Assembly (NCBI GenBank): GCA_976551045.1
Contig: CDPCPM010000370.1
Coordinates: 1,054,001 to 1,118,000 of the forward strand
DNA length: 64,000 bases
From: Glaucostegus cemiculus
Taxonomy: Eukaryota
Direction of reading: 5' to 3'
The notes beneath the pieces are model-generated. The model was not told where the DNA came from, searched no databases, and saw only the letters and a list, made by a program, of their open reading frames with translations. The position numbers and the translations under genes were made by a program. This document shows, one piece after another, positions 39,481-53,215 of this stretch; within the stretch, counting starts at the first letter, position 1; each line of letters starts with the position of its first letter.

Positions 39481-39519
39481 CACAGTGCTACAGTGCAGTG
39501 GGAGAGCTGTACAAAAACT
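39481..39519 (+). other. second 23-RSS behind supporting V1
   Basis: CACAGTG, 23 bp, ACAAAAACT. Confidence 0.85.
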
Positions 39520-41149
39520 CATCTGCTGGATCATAAACATACAGTACTGCAGAAGACGGAGCACACCGTCAAAAATAAACGTCAGTGCGTGGGGTCTTTG
39601 CAATGTAGAAGAGGTAGAGACAACATAAACAAACATTGTCTTAAAGTCACATATTGACACGAAAAGAACGACGACACATATTCCACACTGATTAGATATG
39701 CACAATTGCCTTCATTAATGTCGTGTTTGACTGTAGATCCGCGCTCTGTAAGTCATCTTCCAGCCAGATAAATACAACTGAGTTGCAGAGACCTGTGTCA
39801 CTTGTGAACAGCGCCAGGAAATCGGCGCAGAGCAAGCTCCCAGACATAGTCATGTTAGAATGCCCAGATAATAAGTTTCAATATTGTCAATTGAAAGTCT
39901 CAGAAAATTCGCTGTGTCACGGTGGTATCCGTGTCCTTGTCCGGACCACTATGGGATCAGAGAGAGTCTCAGTGCGACTTGATTCCATAGAGAATGATTA
40001 ATATGAACATCTTCTCGCTCAGCCGTAAGTGATTTAAATCAAAAATTCTAATCATTACTTCTGTGTCTTTCCCTTCCGAGGATCATTGTTCACTAAACCT
40101 TCGCTCTTTTGCTGACATACAACTTGCTGTTATTTGGTATTTTCATTAACTTCGGTATGATAGAACAGGAGTCAATGCTGCTGACTGGGATAGCCGTTGT
40201 GAATGGAACATTGGTTGCTGGATTTTTTCAAGGGCCTATTTTTATTCCAGACGGTATGAATGATAGAAACTGCACTCCCTCACTGCCCTTCTTCGTTCCA
40301 CTGCACAACCGTGAAGGAACTTCTTTGGGCTGGGATCCCCTGAATTCCACTGAAGGAGGATACTTTTACAAGAAATTCCAGACTTTGTTCATTAGACAGT
40401 GAAAGAAGTTTCTTACTTTTTATTATATAAAATTTTCATTTCATTTGTTGGAACGTTAATTTATTTCAGGTATCTGTCCTGTTGAAATAAATGTACCTGT
40501 ACCTCTTAATGACTCAAAACAATTTAAAAACTATATCTTACCACTACGAAAAACGGCATGCATCCATTCGAGAGACACGGCACTTCATCAGACGCATAAC
40601 CGAACTTCAACCACACACTTTTACGTTAAACTATTTTATTTTCATCCAGATAACCACGAACTCCTCTTTGATTCTTCCACTCACTGACAGACTGAGAGTA
40701 AAATTGCAAAGTCAAAGGTACATTAAGCTGATATTGCGACATTTTGCGAATTCTAATTGTTATATTATTCAGTGCGTTCATTTTAAAATTTAATCTTGAA
40801 TCAATTTCCAACATGCAACTTCCCCTGAATATTGGAGATATTCAGAATATGTTGAAAAAGCTTTCCATATTTGATAGTAGAGGGACTGCTGCCCTAATCA
40901 TTGCCTCCAGTTGAAGGTTCACACTGCTGAGGCTTCGCTCTCCACCATCTGGTGTCTCCCGGTTCCGAACGATTTTGCTGTTGCTCTGATTCCGCCGCCA
41001 ACTAGTGCGGCCAGATGGGACGACTTCAACTCCAGTGATGACGGGCAGAAAGCCAGACAACACACAAACATTGGACAACGTGTCCACGAAGGGCGATTTA
41101 TACACATCCCACAGTATCCAATTTTATTCTGCATATATTCAAATCAACC

Positions 41150-41790
41150 ATTGTTGACTCTCATTAGTCGGGATATTGAGTTTAAGAGCCGGGAAGTGAT
41201 ATTGCAAATCTATTGAACTTTGGTCAGACCACACTTCTGATATTGTGTTCAGTTCTGTTCGTCTCATGATAGAAACGATGTGGAAGCTTTGGAGAGGGTA
41301 CAGAGGAGATTTCACAAGATGTTGCTGTACTTGTGAGCATGTCCCATGAGGAGAGCTTTAGCAAGCTAGGGCTTTTCTCTTTGGGAGAATGGCGATGAGA
41401 GGTGACTTAATGGAGGTGTCCAAGATGATAAGAGGACTAGATCCAGTGGAAAGTCGGAGACTTTTCCAAGGGCGACGATGTCTATCAGAAGGGGACATAA
41501 TTTTAAGGTGATTGGAGGAAGGTTGGAGGGGGATGTCACGAGTAAGTTTGTTACACGGAGAGTATTTGGTGCGTGGAATGCACTGCCGGCAGAGTTTGTG
41601 GGACAGTATATTAGGGACATTGAAGAGACTCTGAGACAGACACATGAGTGATAGGAAAACAGTGTGTGCCAGATAATGTGGGAAAGGTGTGTTAGATCGA
41701 TCTTCGAGCAGAATAAAATTTCGGCACAACATTGTGGGCTGAAGGGCCTGTATGGTGCTGTAGTGCGGTATATTCTACGTTCTGTGTAGC
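41150..41790 (+). mobile_element. CR1 LINE 3' fragment
   Basis: Contains LVRPHF..CVQF, LERVQRRF, RGDLMEV and GHNFKVIGGR peptides with a CR1-type 3' UTR. Absent from the corresponding position in the other spacers. Confidence 0.75.
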
Positions 41791-44700
41791 AACAAATCAT
41801 GGAAGACATTTAAGTATCGAAATATCATTTGAACTGTTATTCCATAGTTCCTTTGTTCCGTAAGCGCTCAGTTCGGTCACGTATATGGAGCGGTCACCCA
41901 TATGAAGTGCTCCTGTTCTTCCACTTTTTGTTCACGGAGGTTAGCACGTGTTTGGAATGACCTGAAAAGGAAACGGTTGCAGGAGATACAATAACAACGG
42001 TTAAAAGACAGTTGGACAGTTGCATGAAAAAGAGAGTTTTTGAAGGATATGGACCACAAGGGAAAATGCGATTATCTTGGATGGACAACCTGGTCGACGT
42101 GGAACAGTTGGGCTGAAGTTCCTGGTCCCGTGCTGTCTCACTGTACTACCCCATGGCTTCCCGTAGGATGGCATAGCGGCCAGAGCGTAACTGAAGATGA
42201 AAGAGAATATGGGAATCATCATCGTCGTTCTTCAAAATGAAGACCATTAGTTGGGATGGAACGACGAACAACATCAGCTTTGACAGAACGAATTTCCAGA
42301 GCGCTTATTGGGCACGGAGAGTGAAGGAGACCACTGCTGGCGATGTGGAAGTTGCTGTGATTCCAACAGACCTGAAGTGCAGAATGTTGCAGAAAAACTC
42401 CAAGGAAAATGTGGCGGATTATTAATTAATTTTGTGCAAACTGATTATATCCTGCCAGTTCACATATCATTGGATCCTTGCAGATTAGTAGCGCAATCTT
42501 TCTTCTTGAAATGTCTGGTCTCATAATTTACTATTACTTATAATGCCTCGACAATATGTTTAAGTTTGTTCTGGCGATACCTGCCTTCTGAAATAAGGTT
42601 TTAGGTTTATGCACTAGAAAGACCCGTCTCTCACGGGTAAACATTATGCTCTGATAGCTGAATTCAGTGGACTAGTTTATCTGTGGTTATGCAACAATAC
42701 CGTTTATTTATTTTAAAATATCCACCAAGTCATACTGAACATGTAAATCCCGCAAACAGAATCGGACTGGCATATCCGCTTGAAGATAACTGATACCCCC
42801 ATAACGTATCGTCAAACGTTTAACACTAACACGAGGCAATTCATTATCCTTCAAATCACATGTCTTTGATGTCAATTGCAGAATCCTGTGCTGAAATTCC
42901 AGCAACGCAACTAACAATTCGATGTGGAAACAAAGTGAACATTCATGTTTTCTTTCTCCATGTGTTCACTTGTCAACTGAGCCATGACTGTTGATGTCTT
43001 CTCTCGTGAACTGAATTGAATTATTTCAAACGTCTGTTGATGAAAAGATAGCATGTAATTTGCAAACTAAATAGAAAAAATAAAAGTCTCCATGTGTGTT
43101 GCAACAATTTTCCAAATGTACTCCTTCAATTGATGAGATATGTTATATGCACCATGGGTTTCAGAGTCCCTGTCATTTCCTGAGGGAAACTAACGCCTTA
43201 GAAGATGTGTTTGCGGAATAGATATTCGTCCATCTATATATATCATGCACAGTCCAGTTAAAACTGGTCACAAACATTATTTCACCGTGTATTTCGAAGC
43301 ACATAACTACCTTACATATTCTTCTTTGCTCTCTATCAATTCCAGGGAAAATTTATCACGTCAATTAACCTCAAATTGATGATTCTATCACATTCTCTGT
43401 GTCTCCAAACTGAATCAGAAATTTCAGGAAATTGCTTGACAGAAATCACAGAAGATAAGTAATATTCCAGCTCTCAACAGAAGACTTCAGAATTTTCTGG
43501 AAGTCCTATAAAATGATTGACTTCAAGATTGATGGTATTTAATAGGGTAACTGATTCGTTTCATACTGAAGATCACATTTCTTCAAAATCAAAGAAAACA
43601 GTTGCGGTCTACGTATTTTCCTTGTTGTTCTTATTCGTGGGTGGAATGTTTACTCAGTTGTCATTGCGAATATATGTATAACTTTTTCCTATTCTCCATG
43701 TTGCTTGAGCCATAAACATAGCTATGGATTGGAGGAGAACTCTCCAAATCCTCTGCATTTTCTGCGTGGAAACCATAACAAAAGAAAGGGAAGTTGGTTA
43801 CACGATACTCAAAACTATCTATGCCATCCCAGATGCAACAAGACAAAATCTCTGCAGTCCGCTCCATGCGATATGTCTAAGGGCCATTGGGGAACGTCAG
43901 AAAGGTATAATCACTCCTGTTATCGAATCCCCTCACAATAAAAACCATCATTTTATTTCCCTTCAGAATAGTTGTGGCACCTGTACGTTGGATATGAAAG
44001 ACTGAATGGTCATTTCCCCTTGAGCACGAACAAAACCCAAATCATGCAATTTCAATAATTGTTCTGCTTTGCTATTTTGTACTGTAGCGCACATCTTCAA
44101 ATTTCCAATATTATGTTGCATTTACCACGGCCTTGCGCACTTTCTCAACATCTCTTTGTTTCCCTGTGGCCTCGCTGTGCTCCATTCCCACCTGACAGTG
44201 AAACCTTCATCTTTCTCAGCGACACACTTGCAGAAAAGATATTTGTTCGCCCCTGCAGCATGATTAAGATTCTGAATAGCGATGGAAAATACGGATCCCG
44301 AGTGATACCCCATTATTCACAGCCCGACAACCAAATGTGTCTTCGCACACTTTGCTCTCTCTCCCTCTCTATTTTCCTTGGACGAAAGGTGCCCGTGATT
44401 AAGTGGGTCAGACAAACGATGAAAATCCAGACACCCACCTCCTCCGATACGGAGAAGCCTGTAATCTCCTATCGAGAACATGCCTAAACGCTTATGGCAG
44501 GGGACTAGTTACTTCCGCTTCTGGACTAAGAAATATGCGAATCCCCGGAAGCAATTGAACCACGTCTCAACATGGAAAAACAACAAAAAACGTCACAGAA
44601 TAGATATTTGGTATGTATTCATTAGTCATATGTACAGCGAAAAACAGAGTGAAATGCATATTTTTTTGAGTTAGTGAGAAGTTTTTGGGCCAGCTGCAAA

Positions 44701-45167
44701 AGTCGCCACCCTTCTGGCGGCAAGAAACGCCAAGATACCACGCCCACAGTTCCTGACCTGTACATCGGGATATGGGAGGACACCAGTATAAGCGGAGGAA
44801 ACCCACGCAGGCATACGGGAAGAACGTACAAGCTCCTTGCAGATTGCGGCGGGAATTGACCCCGGATAGCTGGCGCTGTAATAGCACTACGCTATCGATA
44901 CAGTAAAGTCCTTTAAGCTGATTGATGGAAAGGACAACGGCAGCTTCTACTGACAGGGCAACTCCGCCCACACAGTCCACGTCAGAGGAAAATGGGAGGG
45001 CCTTTCACATCGGTCTCAAAGACTCGACAATGAACCAGAACCATCAACTTCCCTGCTCAATCCTGTCGGTGAAATGATTCAGACTAACTCTGAGGGACTA
45101 CCTACAGAACGGTCTCGACTGTGGGTTCCATCAGTTCTATAAACTATTTGCACCCGGAGACAAAGAG

Positions 45168-45648
45168 ATGGAAATCTTTCTGGTTCTCACCATATGCATC
45201 TGCTTACGGTGTGAGTACCGTTCACACACTCCCACACTGTGCGGGTTTAATAGAAATCTTCACGAATCATATCGAATTCAAACCCCGAGCGGGTTTTAGC
45301 AGCATTGCCTGGTTCTACTCTGAAACCCAATCACCTTTCCCTGTGCTTCATTTGCAGGCTCCTTCAGTCAGACGGTGACCCAGAGCCCGACAGCCATTAA
45401 CGGGAAGGAGTGTCAGCCTGTCACCATCACCTGCCGGTTCCATACTGGTAGCATTAGTACATACCGTTTTCAAACTGGACGGTTCTACAAGGGGACCCAG
45501 CCCAGGGCAGAGTGGCAGGAGATCACCAGCGGAGGACGGTTTATTGTGAGGATTAATAAAAATGAGATGACTTTCTCACTGGAAATTCGTGATCTGGTGG
45601 TTGAAGACAGCGCCACCTATTACTGTCAAGCTGAGTACAAGTGGAAAA
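45168..45648 (+). CDS. NAR-TCR V segment 2 (leader 45168-45210, V exon 45358-45648)
   Basis: Leader MEIFLVLTICICLR. Open V exon with ECQPVTITC and YYCQAEYKWK. RSS CACAGTG, 22 bp, ACAAAAACA at 45649-45686. Confidence 0.88.
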
Positions 45649-46039
45649 CACAGTGATGGACCCTGGCTTCTTGCGGTACAAAAACACTTACTGCAGATTA
45701 TCCGAGCAACAGATGAATGAGTGAAGTGAATCTGCAGAGAAGTCCACGGTCCCGCCTCATCTCGCCAGCCTCATAGTCTGGATTATGAAATGATTGGATT
45801 GGTGGAGTACACACAGTGTGCTTTCTCACTGCAGAGTGTGCGCGGAAGGCGCAGCGTTTCCTGACACTCATGTTAATGCACGGTGACAGGGAATGAATAA
45901 ACCCCTTTTCTTATTCCCAATTCCAGATGAAATCATGTTTCAAAAGACGGAATAGGAAACCGCAATCGTTAAGAGTTTACCTCCTGCCAGCCCGTCTCAT
46001 CCAGGCCCAAGGAATTTGAAACTGACATGTCGCACTGTG

Positions 46040-46054
46040 TTCATTTGGTTTACA
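46040..46054 (+). other. NAR-TCR D segment 2
   Basis: CACTGTG, TTCATTTGGTTTACA, CACAGTG, 12 bp, ACAAATTAA. Confidence 0.8.
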
Positions 46055-46466
46055 CACAGTGGAAGAGATCTGAACAAATTAATCCCACTGTTAAAATATA
46101 TCTGCTCCGGTCCAGAACACGAATTAAATGTTTGGCGATATTCCCTATCTCGTCTGGTTAATTTCACTGTAATTCTACGCTTTCAGTTGTTTTTATTTTT
46201 ATTTGGCAAATAGGATGATTCTTAATCTGTTTCTTTTTTTTCGCAACGCAATCGAGCTCCGATACGTGCTCCAGCGCACGTACACAAAGAGTTTGCTTTC
46301 TCACAAGGATCGGTGCTCTGCAATTCGCCGAGAATTGCAGAGCACTGTATCTGATGTGTTGTATTGAAGCCCCTGGAATCACCGGGAAGAGTTTGGTGAT
46401 GTTTGATGGAGAGATTAATGTGACGGTGGTTCCTGTACCTCGGAGACAGAGAGCAGGATCAGTGTG

Positions 46467-46526
46467 CCTATGAGTGGAGTAGTCATCGTCAGGACGGATA
46501 AGGGACGAGTCTGACCGTTACAGATG
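46467..46526 (+). pseudogene. NAR-TCR J segment 2 with in-frame stop
   Basis: RSS GGTTCCTGT, 23 bp, CAGTGTG. Reads YEWSSHRQDG*GTSLTVTD, with TAA at 46499-46501 where J1 has GAA. Confidence 0.85.
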
Positions 46527-46984
46527 GTAAGTATACATAAACAGCACCTTATCTCCTGCTGACTCCGGGGAGATTCAGTTCCATTTAATATGTGGATCGA
46601 TTGACTACAATTGCCTTCAAAGTGAATCAGGCCCGATTTCGAAATGAGAGTCTGCAAAGTGGTCCAGAAAATAATTAGGCCAATGGAGCCGCCTCTGGGA
46701 GTGTGCCTGGACAGAGGTGGTGTGGACCTGGCCGGGAGACGCAAATTGGGGCTGCTGAAGAGCAATAAATTCCTGTATTTCAGCGATGACCAGATTCATT
46801 AAAATATATAAACATGAAAATGTAAACATGAGTACCTGATGGAATGGTTTCAGACTGATAGGAGACACGGTTCAATTCACAGGAAAGTGTAGGTGGTTTT
46901 CAAGTACTCTCGTAGTTGGTTTCGGGTGGAAAGGCAGAAGTACCGACATCAGGGTCGTTCACAGCGCAGCCTGATTGACTGGAG

Positions 46985-47011
46985 GTGTGTGTGTGTGTGG
47001 GGGGGGGGGGT
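46985..47011. repeat. (GT)n plus poly-G tract
   Basis: gtgtgtgtgtgtgtggggggggggggg, expanded relative to cassettes 1 and 3. Confidence 0.9.
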
Positions 47012-47957
47012 GAGTTGTGTACAGTGGGTTTGAATTAGTTTTATTCAGAGGAATGGGTCAGCATTTTCTGGCTGTTCAAACTATGAGTGCGTATCTTTTT
47101 ATTGTTTTAATGAAGCAGAGTGAGATTCACGTGGGTGTTGCTCAGCTGTGAGGGAGTCTGATGCCGTATTTGGAAACTGCACACACTGAACCCAACTGAC
47201 AAGTCACAGACTGTGGGAAAAGTTCTCCCCAAAGCAAAGTATAAACCGCAGGCATCAACAAGCCAGCAACCAGATTCGGAAAAATAATCATACTAACTGT
47301 ATCTAATTGAAATGAAATTAAAAAGGAGAAAATCATGTTTCCCCTGATGATCATTGTTAAGTGCAGAAAGCAGAGGTTTTCTGACGGGTTGTGATAAAAA
47401 TCTTTTGAAAGTGAAATGTTGCAGCGCAGGTCTTCATTGTCAACTTCGTTCAGTCGGTGCTATTCAATCGCATTGCTTTGTTTAGGATCTTGCATGCCCT
47501 GGGCTACAGAAAAAAAAATGTCTGGAAAGATCTTACATCACTGATAAAAAAACACGTTATCAACAATATTTCTTCCTATGTGTCCTTCGTCAAGAGACAC
47601 AACAACATCCGCTGAAAAATAAATGACAGGAATTTACAGAACAAAGAAAGGTCATTCAGCCCACAGTCAGGATAGCTGTTCTCCGAATCAGCTTCACGAA
47701 TTTTCATTGTTTCCTTCCCATAGATTCAAAACTTCCTCCAAATTCTCTTCTATCATCGCAGCTTGTCCCCATTGTACATGCATCAGTGATTTGCCCAGCT
47801 TAGCAACTCGACAGAGTCATTGACAAGGGCGACAAAAGCAGTTTGCACACTTTTCAAATGAATCAAACTGGCGTAAGAATGACATCCATTCTTCTATTGG
47901 ACGTTTTCCAACAATTAACTGTAAATCATTAAATCTCTTCCCTGTTAGTTTCTGCAG

Positions 47958-48260
47958 ATTCCCTTTCGCCGGGGATTCAGAGTCCTGCTCTACAATCTTC
48001 TGCTGGTGAAACCGTCACTTTAAACTGCGAATATTCCGGGTTATGTCCACACACCGTACTCTGGTATCGGCAGTTCCCAGGGAAAGCACCGATTTTTCTG
48101 CTGCAGAGAAACAGCTCAGGAGAGCAGGATACGGAAATGGCAGCAGGAGGACGAACTTCTGCGTCTCTTGATCCTGCCAAGACGATCAGTCAGTTAACGA
48201 TCTCTAAGGTGAAACCGGGCGACGCAGCTGTGTATCACTCTGCACTGACTTCGGGCACAG
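47958..48260 (+). pseudogene. supporting TCR-delta V segment 2, probably non-functional
   Basis: Open frame, but VYHSAL (TCT) replaces the canonical second Cys. RSS CACACTG, 23 bp, TGCATAACC. The second RSS heptamer is decayed. Confidence 0.8.
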
Positions 48261-51200
48261 CACACTGATACCAACCATGGAGAGACATGTTGCATAACCC
48301 GAGGGTAGTTTCCTACAGGCATATGGTGCTATAGAGCAGGGGGAGAGCTGTACAAAAACTCAAATTGTTGGATTATAAACATACACTACTACGGAGCACG
48401 GAGCAAACTGTCAAAAGAAACCCTCAGAGCCGTGGGGATCTTGGGACAGCGTGAACGCAGATGTAGAGTACAAAATTACACCACACTGGGTCTTAAAGTC
48501 ACATATTGACAAGAATAATAGAAAGGTAATACACATAATCCACACCCATGAATTCCCCTATTCAGAAGTGCGCAATCGCCTTCATTAATTTAGCGTTTTA
48601 CTGTATATCAGCGCGCTGCAATAATCTACCAGCCAGATAGATGCAACTAAATTGCAGATACCTGTGTCTCATGTGAACAGCAGCAGGAAATCTGCGTCCA
48701 GTAAGTTGCCGGACACAGTCTTGTTCGAATGCCAAGAAAATAATTGCCAATTGTGTCAATTGAAAGTTACGTATTCGGCAACACGTCCCAGAAAAGTCGC
48801 CGTGTGATGATCGTATCCGTGTCCTTGTCTGTACCACGATTAGGTTAGAGGGAGTCTCAGTGCAAATAAACACCACAGAGAAGGATTAACCTGAGCTCAG
48901 CCGAAAGTGATTCAGATCAAAATTCCAGACGGACTGTGTCTTTCGCATTCGTGAATCTTTGTTTACTAAACCATCGCTCCTTTGATGACATACAGCCTGC
49001 AATTATTCGGTATTTTGATTAACTGCATGATAGTGCAACAGCCGTCAATCGAGTTGACTGGGATAGCCGCTGCGAAGGGAACTTCAATTGCTCCATTTTT
49101 CTGGGACCTGCTCTTAATCCAACCGGTATGAATGATAGAAACTGCACTCCTTCTCTCTCCTCATCGCTCGACTGTACACCCTTGAAGGATCCTGATTGTG
49201 CTGCGATCTCCTGACATTCGACTGAAGGAGGATTCTTTTCAGGGGAATTCCCGACTCTGTACATCAAACAGTGAAATTAATTGGTCCCGTCTTGTTATAT
49301 TGAAGATTTATTTCATTTCTAGGAGGGTTAATGTATTTCTGGTAATTTGCCTGTTTATGTAAACGTACTTGTAGATCTTAATGCCTCAAAGCAATGTACA
49401 AACTTCCAGGTATATCTTGACACGATGAAAACAGGCATGCATCCATGAGAGAGATACAACACTTAATCAGACACACAATAGACCATCAACCGCATACTTT
49501 TACGGTAAGATATTTTATTTGCCCGAATCTCACAACCTCCCCTTTGATTCTACCCCTCACTTGAATACTGGGAGTTAAATTGCAAAGTCAAAGGCAATTA
49601 AACTCGTATTTCGACACACTGTGAACTATAAGTGTTATATTATTCAGGTCATTAATTCTTAAATAATTTTCTTGAAGCAATTTTCAACAAGTAACTTACC
49701 CTGATTTTGGGATATTAAGAATGTATTTAAAAACTTCCCAAATTTGATAGGAGACGGAGTGCTGCCGGAATCTTTGCCTCTACTTGAAGCTTCTCGGGGC
49801 GCGAGTCTTTAGGCGTCTGCCACTGCTGCGGTTTCGCTCCAAGTCATCTGACGTCTCCCGATTCTGAAAGATTTTGCTGTTTCAATGATTCCGAAGCACA
49901 CCAGTCCGGCCAATGTAACTAATTCAACTCCAGTGGTGATGGCCAGAGTTCCAAACAGCACAAAAATATTCGACAACCGTGTCGGCTATTGGCGATCCAG
50001 ACACATACCATATTATCCAATTTTATTCTAGACATAACCACATCAAACGCGCCATTCCTAGATCTTACCCTTCAATTGCACACAGGGAATAAATAATATA
50101 CAACTAATTTACCAATCCACAAGTCTTTGGCATGCGGAAAAATCCGGAGCACCCGGGAAAAGACGCAAGATCGCGCGAATAACACATCGAATGGTCTAAG
50201 TACATGATATTTTTCTCTGTCGCAGACTCTCACACAAGGCCTCAGATTAATTTGTCGTTGTTTCCCATTTCCTGATATGGTGGATTTTGGACAATTCTTT
50301 CCAGAAAGCATCCATCTGACTTCTAAGCTGCTTGTTTTTATTGACTTGGTTCATCGCAGAACTAAGTAAATGTCGGGAGAAATTTCTTCCTACTGTGAAC
50401 GAACGTGTTGCTCAAAAAAAAAACGCACGCAAGAGAAAATAAAACGGTATTTTTCTTTGCAATGACAACCATGTAAACCATGCAGGTTCGGAATGCAACC
50501 ATGTGAATCAACCAAAGGAAGTCAAATATTATTTCAGTGTATTTCATTTATCCAAATGCAGACATGCAGACATCAAGCAATTACAATCAGATTTTAAGTG
50601 AACAATTTGCCATGTTCTGGCCTTATTTTTCAGTTCTGCTCACTGCAATATGAAATGGAAAATGATTTCCATTCTTCTGTCCTTTCCTAATATCAATTCC
50701 AAAAGTAGCCATTGAGTAGAATAGTATCCTGATAGTTCTCTTTGTTCATTCTTTTTCATTTGTAATGCGTCATATTTTTTTTTGAATAAACCTTTAGTTG
50801 AAATTAAAGTGGAGCCAGATAAAAGTTACAGGTACACATAAGGTTACCAAAGTGGATTTCAAGATGGGGCAAAGTTGAGGTTCAAGTAATTCAGGTGCAT
50901 ATTCTTCATGGTGTTCACTGAATTTCAACAGTCCAAATCATCCAGAGAATAAACAGACGTGAGTCGCAGGAAGAACGTGTCGCCTTCTGCAGCCTTTACG
51001 AGGGAGGGTTTGCAATGCACTTCAATAATATCCTCTCTACCAGAGTTAGATAGAAGAATGATAACAACTCCTAATCTCGTTCTGCTACCCTAAATGGAGA
51101 GAGGAGAATTGTCTTGCCCAATATGATACGCTGTATGGCCCTTTCAGAAGTGAGGATGTAACAACCTGGTCTCCAACTCTGCAATTGGCTTTTCATGCGA

Positions 51201-51484
51201 GGTGAATTTTCAGCTCTTTCCCTGGTATTTTGTAGATGCTTGAGCAACAAAGAAGATTTGAGGGATGGTAGAGAGGAGTGAAGGATTGTTGTGGTGATGC
51301 GCCTCATAAAATATCATTCTGACCCATGGTTATTTTCAAAATCAGTCGTTGTTTACTTTGGAAACCACTCAGCTTTGCGTATCTTTCCTGCAAATATCGC
51401 TGCAGCCAATCCATCTCCATCGGGGTGCCGGTCCCACTTCCCCTGCAGAAGCGCGACGCTTAATTGTACATTAATTGGAAGAAA

Positions 51485-51565
51485 TGTCCGTGTGTAACAT
51501 CACCCATCGACTTGGGTCGATTTGTACATGGAAGCTGATGACACGCAGATCTGCATTTCATTTTT
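51485..51565 (+). mobile_element. tiny ancient L2-like RT fragment
   Basis: YMEADDTQICIS resembles the L2 HMYADDTQLYLS motif. It is mostly deleted in the paralogous spacer at about 60500. Confidence 0.3.
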
Positions 51566-53117
51566 CTTTCTCTGGCGACTGGGGCCTTTGAGTTCCTTGA
51601 GAGGGAGTGGGAGATCATGGCCGGAATGCGCCAGGAATTGGAACAACCCATCCGAGCCTGCCGTGCTGACAACATACCTCAGCTTTTCCTTTATATCTCA
51701 TAGAGGCTCCCTTTCATTTTAAATGAAGCATATCCCTGTCACTAACTCTTGTTAAGTTCATCCGAAGCTGCTAATGTATTTACGATAGACCAAATTGACA
51801 TTAAAGAACAATAACACGTTGTATGGAGGATTTAATGAATGGAGTAATCACAGCAAGGTATTGAACTGCAAAGAAGCGTCCACATTTGCTTTACAGGATG
51901 GCATCAAAATATAAACTTGTCGGTCGGGTTACCAGGATTGCACAAGGCAATTTGTGGAAAATAATGTTTGAAGAAAAGACTCGGGGGACTGGGAGTGAGG
52001 CGAAATGCGGAGCTTTGGCAAGTTCTGGAACTGAGCTCAATGTCTTCCTGCTCTGAATGCGCTGGATGGATAAAAATCCGGAAATTGTTGCAGTCGAGAT
52101 ATAGCACAGCGCATCATTTTGGTCTGTATAGTGGAGACGCATACTGGGCCCACTGTCCCAGTCCTTCTCACGAATGACTCCCCTCAAGTCATGGTTTGCA
52201 TGAAGTTGTGACATGTTTTAAATCCAAAACATCGATTTCAAAATTTTCGCTGTGTTCTGCACGACTGCAGGGCGCCAGGTGTATTATAACTTAGTCGGAG
52301 TTCGCAGTTTTTGGACCTCATCCAATGCACAAGTCGTGGTAATTTCACAGATAACTGTCGTGAATGCAATCGAAAATAAAGTAGATATGTTTTTTTTATC
52401 TCAGAGCGATTGACAACCTCACAGAGTTGATGACAGAGAACGTTTAAAGGAAAGGATAACAGGTTAACCGGATTTTACAGGAAGTGTGGTTGATTTCACA
52501 CGCAGTTCCGCAGTGATCTTCACGAACAGTGGAGCAGGCTTGAGTGGCCGTATGGCCTGATCCTGTTCAGAGTACCTGTGTTCTTGTGTTCACGTGACAT
52601 CATCAGCCGAGCGAGTGAGGCAGATCAGCCTGCCACACTTCCACTGCGGTTACCTCGGTGGAGTATTTGCTTATCATAATCTGAGTGGAAGTGACAACAG
52701 AGCGATCAACTGTCGAAACGACGGTGAACATATCAGAACAGTTTACGGCCGCAGGAGGCAGGCATTGAATGAATCTGTGCAGAGTAGTGCAGAGCTAGAT
52801 AGAGACCAGCCGATAGATATGGGCGCAAACCATGTAATATCACTTCCATTGATGAAAATTTTGACGTCGACTGAAGCTGTTGTTTCTCCAATTTATTTGT
52901 AAGCGTGGAGCAGATCTTCCATGAACCACCTCTGCGTCACGGTGAAACTGGCTGTGTTCGTGCAGGAAAACTGTGAATTTAGCTCACTCAACAACTGCCG
53001 AGAGAGGAATGAAGTAACGCTGCACATCATTTAATGGATCAAGGAAATCAACGAACCGATCCTCACAACACTAAATATTGTGTGGAATAATATAAACGAT
53101 ATCACAAGGTTGTTCTT

Positions 53118-53119
53118 TC

Positions 53120-53160
<41 letters not shown>

Positions 53161-53215
53161 TAGACAGAGATATAGACAAATAGAACGTAAGAGACAGAAT
53201 GAGAAAGAGAGAGCA
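53118..53215. repeat. (GA)n/(GACA)n microsatellite (paralog at about 62018-62088)
   Basis: Visible tandem repeats. Confidence 0.9.
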
